Below, one piece after another: positions 6,390 through 13,325 of a DNA stretch of 16,608 bases (its first letter is position 1; each line of letters starts with the position of its first letter). The stretch lies in IMG/VR virus record IMGVR_UViG_3300037473_000239, positions 1-16,608 of that record; one strand, given 5' to 3'. Both the position numbers and the translations under genes were made by a program. Below the pieces are notes generated by a model that saw nothing but the letters and a program-made list of their open reading frames with translations, ran no database searches and was not told where the DNA came from. The DNA is from a virus.

Positions 6390-9000
6390 GCAGGATCTCG
6401 CCCTTGAGCTGTACTACTCCGGGTCGTGGCATGACGTCGCCACCGACGACAAGGTGTTCGCAGACGCCCCGGTGACGATCCGGCGCGGCCTGGGTGACGA
6501 GTCCGGCGGCTGGCCGCGACCCGCGACCATCACCGCCCGCCTCGACAACGCCAGCGACAAGTACCGCACCTCTAATCCCGAGTCGCCGCTGTACGGGCTG
6601 GCCGGGCGGAACACGCCGATGCGGGCCTCTGTCGGTGGCACCGTGCGGGGCATCGTCGAGGCGTCCAGTTGGTCGGCCGACCAGACCCCCGACTTCCGCG
6701 CCTCGCCTCGCCGGGGGAAGGCGTGGGTCGATGTGAACGGCGGCGGTGTGCTCCAGCGCATCGGCCAGTGGAACCAGCCGCTCCGGTCGGCGCTCTACCG
6801 GTACGTCGACAAGAGCGGCGTGACCCCGGCCGAGTGGTGGCCGATGGAGGACGCCTCCGGCTCGGCGACGGCCGCCTCCGCAGCGGGCGGCTCGCCGCTC
6901 ACCCCGGTCACGGCCGTGCGGTACACGCTGCCCGACGGAAACCCGCTGCCGCCGGGCGGAGCGCCGAAGTTCGCCGACGGCGCGGGCATCACCGGGTCGG
7001 ACAAGCTGCCGAGCTTCCAGGGCGGCGGCACGCTGTCCGCGCCCGTGCGCAGCGCCAGCTTCAACGGGTACGCCATCGATTGGGTAATGCAGTTCGCTGC
7101 GGGTACCGACGACGGCGGCACGAGTTCGGCGGACGTGCTCCGCTGGCGCGAGTCCGGCACCTACGTGATGTTCACCGTCAACGTGGTCAAGAACAACATC
7201 ACCGTGGTCCACTCCAACGCGGCCGACGCTGTGACCCTAACCGGGACCGGCTCGGCGTCAGCGACGTTCGACGTCTACGACGGTGCACCGCACCACTTCC
7301 GCTACCAGGTGCGCCAGAGCGGCGGCAACTACCTGGCCCAGCTGCTCATTGACAGCTCTGTGGTTGCCACCGCCGACAACTTCACCCCGGGCATGACCGG
7401 CACCGTCGGACGGCCCACACAGATCGAATGGAACCCGGGGGAGCAGCGCGGCGACTACATGCCGACGGCTGCCGGGCACCTGATCGTCTGGGCCTCCGGG
7501 CAGCTCGGCGGACAGCCGGCCGTTTTCTACGCCCTCAACGGGTACGCAGGCGAGCGCACCGCCTACCGGTTTTCCCGCCTCCTCACCGAGGAGGGCATCG
7601 CCTGCTACGTCAGTGCCAGTTTCGACGACTCGATGCCGATGGGACCGCAGCGGCCCGACTCCCTGCCCAACCTGGTCAAGGAGTGCCTCACCACCGAGGA
7701 CGGCCTGGTCTATGACCACGGCACCGATCTGCGCCCGCTCTTCCTGTGCCGGGCCGACCGGTACAACCAGACGCCGAAGCTCGACCTCGCCCCGACGGAC
7801 CTGACGGTCCTGCCGAAGGAGGTCAACGACGACAAGCTGGCCGGGAACGTGGTCACCGCCTCGCAGCGCGACGGCGGGGACTCGACGGCCCGGGATGACA
7901 CCGGCCCGCTCGGCACCCAGCCGCCCCCGGACGGGGCCGGTGAGGAGAAGCGGACCGTCAACGTCAACCTCAACGACCCGGACGACGACCTGCCGCAGGT
8001 GGCCAACTGGTGGCTCAAGAGGGGGACCGTCGACCTCCCCCGGTTCCCGCAACTCACGATCGACCTGAACGCCAACCCGGGTCTGGTCGCCGATGTGGAG
8101 GCGATCAAGCCAGGCGACGTGATCACGCTGACCGGGTTCCGGGAGAACGTCATCCGGCTGATCGTGCTCGGCTGGACCGAGACGATCGGCACCCATACCC
8201 GCACCATCGTCTTCACCTGCGTGCCCGACCAGCAGTTCCAGGTGGGCGTCTGGGACTCCACGTCGAGCCGGTGGGATTCCAGTTCCACGATGCTGGTGGG
8301 CTCGCTGACCACCAGCGGCACAGCGGTGAAGATCGGCACCACGTCCCCCAATGAGTCGTGGTCCACCGCCGGTGTGCCGTACGACGTGATGGTGTCCGGC
8401 GAGCGCATGACCGTGACGGCGATGGGCGCGACCACGACCGACGCGACGCTGAGCGCGAACGGATTCGAGAGTGGCGTCGGTGGCTGGCAGAGCAGCAACG
8501 GCACGCTGACGCAGTCCAGCACGTTCGCCAATTCCGGCAGCTTCAGCGGCCTGCTCACCGTTACCGGCTCTCCCGTCGAGGCCAACATCCGCAAGGCGTT
8601 CGCGAGTTGCCCGCGCGTGGTGCCCGGCCAGGAGTACACGCTGAGCACGTTCGTGCGTTCCGTCGCGACGATCACCGCAGCGTGTCACATCGACTGGCTG
8701 GACGAGAACGGCGTGTTCCTGTCGCGCAACGGCACCAGTGGCTCGCTGTCGTCCGGCGCGTGGGCTTCTCGGGTGGTCACCGCGACGGCACCGGCAGGGG
8801 CCGCCTACGCCCAGTACGGGGCGACGATCAGCGGCTCCCCGGTGGCCGGAACTCTGCTCTACGCCGACGACCTGGTATTGACGGCTACGACGATCCGCTA
8901 CCAGACAGCAACGCTCACGCGCAGCGTGAACGGCATCGTCAAGGCGCAGACCCCCGGCACCCCTGTCCACGTAGCTACCCCCGGGAGGTGGGCGCTGTGA
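6382..9000 (+). CDS. Minor tail / tail-tip protein: distal tail protein (Dit)-like N-terminus and a C-terminal CBM_4_9-like carbohydrate-binding domain. Probable receptor-binding protein.
   Basis: One continuous ORF. The start is uncertain: candidates are GTG 6328, 6373 and 6382, while the track's TTG 6313 would overlap the tape measure gene by 77 nt. N-terminal ATITARLDNASDKYRTSNPESPLYGLAGRNTPMR resembles Dit-type tail proteins. The C-terminal ~144 aa (nt ~8455-8886) reads NGFESGVGGWQSSNGTL...YADDLVL, typical of the CBM4/9 beta-sandwich. Confidence 0.8.
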   Translation: MPKQDLALELYYSGSWHDVATDDKVFADAPVTIRRGLGDESGGWPRPATITARLDNASDKYRTSNPESPLYGLAGRNTPMRASVGGTVRGIVEASSWSADQTPDFRASPRRGKAWVDVNGGGVLQRIGQWNQPLRSALYRYVDKSGVTPAEWWPMEDASGSATAASAAGGSPLTPVTAVRYTLPDGNPLPPGGAPKFADGAGITGSDKLPSFQGGGTLSAPVRSASFNGYAIDWVMQFAAGTDDGGTSSADVLRWRESGTYVMFTVNVVKNNITVVHSNAADAVTLTGTGSASATFDVYDGAPHHFRYQVRQSGGNYLAQLLIDSSVVATADNFTPGMTGTVGRPTQIEWNPGEQRGDYMPTAAGHLIVWASGQLGGQPAVFYALNGYAGERTAYRFSRLLTEEGIACYVSASFDDSMPMGPQRPDSLPNLVKECLTTEDGLVYDHGTDLRPLFLCRADRYNQTPKLDLAPTDLTVLPKEVNDDKLAGNVVTASQRDGGDSTARDDTGPLGTQPPPDGAGEEKRTVNVNLNDPDDDLPQVANWWLKRGTVDLPRFPQLTIDLNANPGLVADVEAIKPGDVITLTGFRENVIRLIVLGWTETIGTHTRTIVFTCVPDQQFQVGVWDSTSSRWDSSSTMLVGSLTTSGTAVKIGTTSPNESWSTAGVPYDVMVSGERMTVTAMGATTTDATLSANGFESGVGGWQSSNGTLTQSSTFANSGSFSGLLTVTGSPVEANIRKAFASCPRVVPGQEYTLSTFVRSVATITAACHIDWLDENGVFLSRNGTSGSLSSGAWASRVVTATAPAGAAYAQYGATISGSPVAGTLLYADDLVLTATTIRYQTATLTRSVNGIVKAQTPGTPVHVATPGRWAL

Positions 9001-9473
9001 CCGTCCTCGCTGGTAACCCGACGTACGCCTCGGACGTGAACGCCGACGTCGCCAAGGCATCGCTCGGCCGGATCGCCCAGACCGACGCCACCGCGAACGC
9101 GGCGGCCACCAGCGGTACCACTGAGCTGGCCGTGGACCAGGTGACGATCAGCGCGGTCAACGGCTACCGCTACAAGATCACGTGGAACATGTCGTTCACC
9201 GGAACCGTCGTCGCTGACACCTTCCTGTTCCGGATCCGGCTGGGTTCCGGCACCGGCGGTAGCCAGTTGGTCTACACGTGCCCGGCAATCCCGTTCAACT
9301 CCGGGAACCAGGCAACCGTGCGCCAGGTGATGGTTACCGAATGGACCGCCAGTTCCACCGCGTCGCAGACCTTCACCGCCACGGTGGTGCGCAACTCCGG
9401 CACGGGTACCGCCACGGTGACCGCCGCGAGTTCAGCCCTGCGCACGCTCTCCGTCGACTACGTCTCCGGCTGA
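8997..9473 (+). CDS. Minor tail protein (hypothetical)
   Basis: GTGA start/stop overlap with the upstream gene, with GGGAGGT 8 nt upstream. 158 aa, Thr/Ser/Ala-rich and beta-like. It is the last gene of the tail module. Confidence 0.6.
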   Translation: MTVLAGNPTYASDVNADVAKASLGRIAQTDATANAAATSGTTELAVDQVTISAVNGYRYKITWNMSFTGTVVADTFLFRIRLGSGTGGSQLVYTCPAIPFNSGNQATVRQVMVTEWTASSTASQTFTATVVRNSGTGTATVTAASSALRTLSVDYVSG

Positions 9474-9482
9474 GGGGCCACC

Positions 9483-9806
9483 ATGAACAAGCTCACCTGG
9501 CCCGCTGTGGGTCTCATCGCGGTCCTCGGCGGGATCGCGGTCCTGCTGGCCACCCTGGCGCACTGGGACGCCGGGGCGATCCTCGGCGTCCTCGGCATCC
9601 TCGGCGGCATCGGCGGCGGTGCGGCGGTGGCGGGGGGAGTGGCCGGGAAGGTGGAGGAGGTCCACGCCCAGACAGCGGCGCAGACCTCCCAGCTCGACAC
9701 CATCGAGCGGCAGACGAACGGCATGTCGACCGCCGAGAAGCAGGACATCGCCGAGCGGGCGGCAGCCGCCGCCATCGCCGCGATGCACCGCGAGGAAGGC
9801 CGCTAG
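9483..9806 (+). CDS. Holin-like small membrane protein (2 predicted TM helices, charged C-terminal tail)
   Basis: 107 aa. TM1 is WPAVGLIAVLGGIAVLLATLA and TM2 is AILGVLGILGGIGGGAAVAGGVAG, followed by a polar, charged coil. The RBS is GAGGGG and the gene sits after the tail genes. No similarity search was performed. Confidence 0.5.
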   Translation: MNKLTWPAVGLIAVLGGIAVLLATLAHWDAGAILGVLGILGGIGGGAAVAGGVAGKVEEVHAQTAAQTSQLDTIERQTNGMSTAEKQDIAERAAAAAIAAMHREEGR

Positions 9807-9991
9807 CGGTCGCCCTGCGGCGAGTACCGCACCCAGCCTGGACCCGAACCGCTGTCCACCCAGACGTCCGAGCCCTCGCCAGCCTCCACAAGCGCCCTCA
9901 TGTAGGCGAAGCCCAGGGACAGATCCTCGTCGTCCTCGCGTATGTCGAGCTGTGGTTCTCCGTCGTCCGGCTGCGTCAAGGTCCACTTCAT
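9803..9991 (-). CDS. Small, highly acidic hypothetical protein (62 aa) in a moron-like position
   Basis: Minus-strand ORF. The internal ATG at 9991 is preceded by GGAG-N6, whereas the upstream ATG at 10018 lacks an RBS. The sequence is MKWTLTQPDDGEPQLDIREDDEDLSL.... Its stop overlaps the holin-like gene's stop in the tetranucleotide CTAG (9803-9806). Confidence 0.5.
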   Translation of the reverse strand: MKWTLTQPDDGEPQLDIREDDEDLSLGFAYMRALVEAGEGSDVWVDSGSGPGWVRYSPQGDR

Positions 9992-10118
9992 GCCCGGCTC
10001 CAAACTGCAAATGTGCATCCTGTGTTGACATGGAGGTTAGTCCGTATCAACCCCTTAGCCCATACCCCTTAGACCGTTTGCGTCATATCAAGATCACAGG
10101 CTGTCTACGTTCTGGGGT

Positions 10119-10328
10119 ATGGCCAAGGCCGAGGAGCTGTACCCGATGGGCGCGGAGGAGATCCGCCAGCGCCTCGGCGTCAGCGTGCAGCGGGCGTACA
10201 TCATCGTGGGCCGCAAAGACTTCCCCGACCCGTGGCGGCAACTCGCACGCGGCAAGGTGTGGCGCTCCACCGACGTCGAAGCCTGGATCAAGGAGCACCG
10301 GCCCGAACTGGCCGAAGGCAACTCCTAA
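10119..10328 (+). CDS. Helix-turn-helix DNA-binding protein, excisionase/MerR-like family; possible recombination directionality factor or regulator
   Basis: 69 aa. The text GAEEIRQRLGVSVQRAYIIVGRKDFPDPWRQLARGKVWRSTDVEAWI fits the excisionase-type wHTH pattern (HTH, then a basic wing, then W...V..W). The gene is immediately upstream of the integrase. Confidence 0.7.
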   Translation: MAKAEELYPMGAEEIRQRLGVSVQRAYIIVGRKDFPDPWRQLARGKVWRSTDVEAWIKEHRPELAEGNS

Positions 10329-10386
10329 GGCTGTCTTGGCGCGACCTTTGTCAGCTCGAAAGTGACGCTGTGACATACTTACCGGC

Positions 10387-11772
10387 ATGACTGCGACGTG
10401 CGCGATCTACTGCCGCATCTCCAAGGACCGCACCGGTGCTGGCCTGGGCGTCGAACGCCAGGAGAACGAATGCCGCGAGCTGGCCGCCCGGCTCGGCCTG
10501 ACCGTGACTGCGGTCTACACGGACAACGACCTCTCGGCCTACTCCGGCAAGACCCGGCCCGGCTACCGCCTCCTGCTGGCCGAGATCCAGGCCGGGCGGG
10601 TCAGTGCCGTGCTCGCCTGGCACACCGACCGCATCCACCGCTCCCCGGCCGAGCTTGAGGAGTACATCGCGGCCTGCGAACAGCGAGGGGTCCCGACGCA
10701 CACCGTCAAGGGCGGAACGCTCGACCTGACCAGCGCCAGCGGCCGGATGACCGCCCGCATCGTCGGTGCGGTCGCCCGCCAGGAGGTCGAGCACCAGATC
10801 GAACGGCAGCAGTCCAAGAAGCGGGAGACCGCCGCCGCAGGCAAATGGGGAGGCGGGCGACGCCCGTACGGCTACGAGGCCGACGGCGTCACCGTCCGGC
10901 CCGACGAGGCCCGCATTGTAGCCGAGGCCACCGACAAGATCCTGCTCGGAACAAGCCTCCGGTCGTACACGGCCAAGCTGAAGGAGGCCGGACAGCTCAC
11001 GTCGACCGGACGGCAGTGGGTGCCGACCGAGCTGAAGAAGGTGCTCATCCGGCCCCGCAACGCCGGTCTGCGCGAACACCGGGGCCAGATCATCGGCAAG
11101 GCCGAGTGGGAACCCATCGTCGCCGAGGAGAAGTGGAGGGCGGTCCGGGCGATGATGGCCGACCCGGCCCGGCGCACCACGACCGGCTCAGCGCGCAAGT
11201 GGCTGCTCTCCGGGATCGCGACGTGCGGCATCTGCGGGTCGCCCGTGCGCGCGGTCACCATGCACACCACCCGGGCAGGCGTGGCCTCGTACGCCTGCGT
11301 GGCGTCGAAATGCGTGGTGCGCAACGCGGCCGAGATGGACCGGTACGTCGAGCTGGTGACCGTCGAGCGGCTGAAGCGGCCCGACACCCTCGACCTGATG
11401 CGTCCGGCGTCACCTGCGATCGACCTGCCCGCGCTGATCGCCGAGGAGAACAACCTGCGGGAACGCCTCGACACCCTGGCCGACGACCTCGACCTTGACG
11501 AGCGGACCCTTGCCCGGCGGTCTCAGCGGCTGCGTGAGCGCCTGGAGGAGATCGGTGTGCACAAGGCGGAGGCCGGGCGCGGATCGCCGCTCTCCGGCGT
11601 TGTGGACGCACCCGACGTGCAGGCCGCATGGAACCGCCTCGACCTCGACCGCAAACGCGCCATCATCAACCTCCTGATGACGATCCGGGTCATGCCCGCC
11701 CGGAAAGGCCGCCCGGCAGGCTGGCAGCCCGGTGCGTCGTACTTCGACCCGGCCACCATCGACATCACGTAG
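10387..11772 (+). CDS. int: Large serine recombinase (phage integrase)
   Basis: The N-terminal resolvase domain carries the catalytic serine context AIYCRISKDR and LAWHTDRIHRS. A recombinase domain follows (GGGRRPYGYE). A zinc ribbon (CGICGSPV...YACVASKC) and a C-terminal coiled coil (NNLRERLDTLADDLD...RLRERLEEI) complete the protein. 461 aa. Confidence 0.92.
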   Translation: MTATCAIYCRISKDRTGAGLGVERQENECRELAARLGLTVTAVYTDNDLSAYSGKTRPGYRLLLAEIQAGRVSAVLAWHTDRIHRSPAELEEYIAACEQRGVPTHTVKGGTLDLTSASGRMTARIVGAVARQEVEHQIERQQSKKRETAAAGKWGGGRRPYGYEADGVTVRPDEARIVAEATDKILLGTSLRSYTAKLKEAGQLTSTGRQWVPTELKKVLIRPRNAGLREHRGQIIGKAEWEPIVAEEKWRAVRAMMADPARRTTTGSARKWLLSGIATCGICGSPVRAVTMHTTRAGVASYACVASKCVVRNAAEMDRYVELVTVERLKRPDTLDLMRPASPAIDLPALIAEENNLRERLDTLADDLDLDERTLARRSQRLRERLEEIGVHKAEAGRGSPLSGVVDAPDVQAAWNRLDLDRKRAIINLLMTIRVMPARKGRPAGWQPGASYFDPATIDIT

Positions 11773-11800
11773 CCATTAGTCAGTTCGGAATAGACAAAGG

Positions 11801-11826
11801 GGCCCACATAGATGTGGGCCTTTTTG
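11801..11826 (+). terminator. Rho-independent terminator downstream of int
   Basis: The arm GGCCCACAT (11801-11809) pairs perfectly with ATGTGGGCC (11812-11820) and is followed by TTTTT (11821-11825). The terminator lies 29 nt after the int stop. Confidence 0.7.
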
Positions 11827-11849
11827 ATGTGCTTGTGGTGCACGTCACA

Positions 11850-11935
11850 GCGAATTGTCAATTGTTAGTTGACGGGCCGTATCACGTTGTCGGGTTAACG
11901 TTCTGGTGTTCGCGGAGGAGGATCCAGCGAACACC
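11850..11935. promoter_or_regulatory. Regulatory region between int and the early operon; candidate promoter/operator and/or attP
   Basis: The stretch is locally AT-richer. It holds an inverted repeat GTCAA-N7-TTGAC (11857-11873) and the pairing TTGTCA (11855-11860)-19 nt-TATCAC (11880-11885). There is also a perfect 9 bp inverted repeat, GGTGTTCGC (11905-11913) with GCGAACACC (11927-11935), around a GGAGGAGGATCCA spacer. Confidence 0.3.
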
Positions 11936-11970
11936 CACCACAAATCTCCGCCCGGAGAAATGGACGCACC

Positions 11971-12180
11971 GTGCGCACCAAAGTCGACCCTGACGTTGTC
12001 AAAGTCAGGGCCAAGCTCGGCACCGCTGTTCGAGAAAAGAACGCCGACCTTGAAGCTCAGTACCGCCAGGAATTGCACGACCTGAACATCATCGTTGCGG
12101 CCAAGCGGGTCGCAGCCCGACTCCCCGAACTGACTCCGGAGAAGCGCGAGCAGATCCGCGCGTTGCTCGGCGGTGCCTAA
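11971..12180 (+). CDS. Hypothetical small protein (69 aa), first gene of the early operon
   Basis: GTG start with GGAG 13 nt upstream. GC3 is moderately high. Its stop overlaps the next ATG as TAATG. No motif was recognised. Confidence 0.5.
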   Translation: MRTKVDPDVVKVRAKLGTAVREKNADLEAQYRQELHDLNIIVAAKRVAARLPELTPEKREQIRALLGGA

Positions 12181-12827
12181 TGGCGCGGGATGGGGGTTCC
12201 CGGCCTGCGGGTAACAGGCCGGGAACCGATCCCAGCGTAGACCGCTTCATCATGGTGCCGGTCGACGTCATGCACTACGTCGCCAAGGGACTCAGCCCAA
12301 CGGCCGCATGGCTCTACGTGGTGCTGCTCAGCCACCACAACCGCAAGCGCGAGGACAACGACGTGTGGCCGTCCCGCAAGTCGCTGGCCGAGGCTTTGGG
12401 GCTGAAGAAGGTCGACAACGTCGACAGGTACCTGCGCGAGCTGAGCGACTCGGGGCTTATCAAGTCTCGTCGCCGTGCGGGAGGCGTAAAAGGCGACGGC
12501 GTCGCGAATCAGACCAGCGTGTACACGCTCCTGCTAACCGTTAAGCCCGAAAGGCCCAAAGCGCAGGAGACGGCCCCCCCACCCCCTTCTGCGGGGGCAC
12601 CCCACCCCCATCAATGGGGTTACCCCCACCCCCATGAATCGGGTAACCCCACCCCCGCAGAAGGGACACGAACTAGAGGAAGTGAACTAGACGAATCTGA
12701 ACTAGATGAAATGAACAACAGTTGGCCCCCCCTCGCTTCGCTCGGCACCCCCCAAGGGGTGCACGACGACGAAACCGAAGTTGTCGAAGCCGAAATCGGC
12801 AATTGGGCTGACCCGTGGGCCAGCTAG
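12180..12827 (+). CDS. Winged-helix DNA-binding protein; putative replication initiator or replisome organiser
   Basis: The N-terminal text FIMVPVDVMHYV...LSPTAAWLYVVLLSHHN...WPSRKSLAEALGLKKVDNVDRYLRELSDSGLI is typical of phage and plasmid wHTH initiator N-domains. A Pro/His-rich linker and an acidic C-terminus follow. The linker coding DNA carries the iteron-like array. An alternative start is ATG 12252. Confidence 0.6.
   Translation: MARDGGSRPAGNRPGTDPSVDRFIMVPVDVMHYVAKGLSPTAAWLYVVLLSHHNRKREDNDVWPSRKSLAEALGLKKVDNVDRYLRELSDSGLIKSRRRAGGVKGDGVANQTSVYTLLLTVKPERPKAQETAPPPPSAGAPHPHQWGYPHPHESGNPTPAEGTRTRGSELDESELDEMNNSWPPLASLGTPQGVHDDETEVVEAEIGNWADPWAS
12574..12720. repeat. Putative origin of replication inside the initiator gene: four ~23-24 bp iteron-like units followed by an AT-rich block with three GAACTAGA repeats
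   Basis: CCCCACCCCC occurs at 12577, 12600, 12624 and 12647. Each copy is followed by N6-7 and a G-run, giving internal dyads (CCCCC-ttctgc-GGGGG, CCCCC-atcaat-GGGG, CCCCC-atgaatc-GGG, CCCCC-gcagaa-GGG). Units 2 and 3 are 21/24 identical, and units 1 and 4 form a 14 bp inverted repeat (CCCTTCTGCGGGGG / CCCCCGCAGAAGGG). GAACTAGA occurs at 12670, 12684 and 12699 in the most AT-rich coding stretch. Confidence 0.55.
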
Positions 12828-12884
12828 CTCCTCGGCGAGAACTTCAAAAGCGCACCGACAACGAGACCCGGAAGGGCACCAGCC

Positions 12885-13289
12885 ATGAGTAATCCGTTCA
12901 AGCCTGGCCACCAGGTGAACCTTCACCACGGTCATGCCATCACCGGCGACTTCTCGCCGACGTACCAGACCTGGCGGTCGATGCGCGCCCGCTGCCGCCC
13001 CACCGGCAAGTACGGGCTGCGAGGCATCACCGTCTGCGACAGGTGGGCCGACTTCGGGGCATTCCTGGCCGACATGGGCGAACGCCCGCCCGGAAAGACC
13101 ATCGACCGCATTAACAACGACGGCAACTACACGCCGGACAACTGCCGGTGGGCCACGCCGAAAGAGCAGGCAGCCAACCGTCGCCGCCCTGGCCCGCCTT
13201 CCGCAGAAACGCGGGCGCGTATCTCACTCAGGCTCCGCGCAAGGAACGCCCAGGCCCGACTCATCGCCGCCCTGACCGCAGCGGCATAA
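12885..13289 (+). CDS. HNH_3/AP2-like DNA-binding protein (degenerate HNH-related); function uncertain
   Basis: 134 aa. The pattern YQTWRSMRARC...GITVCDRWADFGAFLADMGERPPGKTIDRINNDGNYTPDNCRWATPKEQAAN recurs in phage proteins usually annotated as HNH-like. The first His position is Arg here, so the protein may be non-catalytic. Confidence 0.5.
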   Translation: MSNPFKPGHQVNLHHGHAITGDFSPTYQTWRSMRARCRPTGKYGLRGITVCDRWADFGAFLADMGERPPGKTIDRINNDGNYTPDNCRWATPKEQAANRRRPGPPSAETRARISLRLRARNAQARLIAALTAAA

Positions 13290-13325
13290 CCACCCACGCA
13301 ACAACCGAGAGAAGGAGCGCCAGCC

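Noticed and set aside
7258-9060. 600 aa minus-strand ORF, plus similar long antisense or off-frame ORFs at 1160-2101, 4020-4754, 5304-6274, 6217-7212, 7710-8675, 10351-11079 and 13775-14338
   Set aside because: All have low-complexity Arg/Gly/Pro/Ala-rich translations and lie antisense or out of frame to genes with recognisable domains (tail protein, tape measure, integrase, capsid). They are best explained as GC-driven open frames and are unlikely to be genes.
11914-11926. GGAGGAGG in the loop of the 9 bp inverted repeat considered as the RBS of an unannotated small ORF
   Set aside because: No ATG, GTG or TTG lies in the 5-12 nt window downstream of it. The next plausible start (GTG 11971) is about 50 nt away.
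9995-11970. Search for tRNA or other structured RNA genes in the AT-richer spacers (9995-10118, 10329-10386, 11773-11970, 14162-14228)
   Set aside because: No cloverleaf-compatible stems, GTTCRANYC T-loop or CCA-type features were seen by eye. The spacers are too short, or are already occupied by the dyads described above.
12574-12660. Regularly spaced C-rich repeats considered as a mini-CRISPR array
   Set aside because: The conserved core is only ~10 bp at ~24 bp periodicity, with four units. These lie inside a continuous ORF with no leader or cas context. That is far from CRISPR repeat and spacer dimensions, and iterons are the better explanation.
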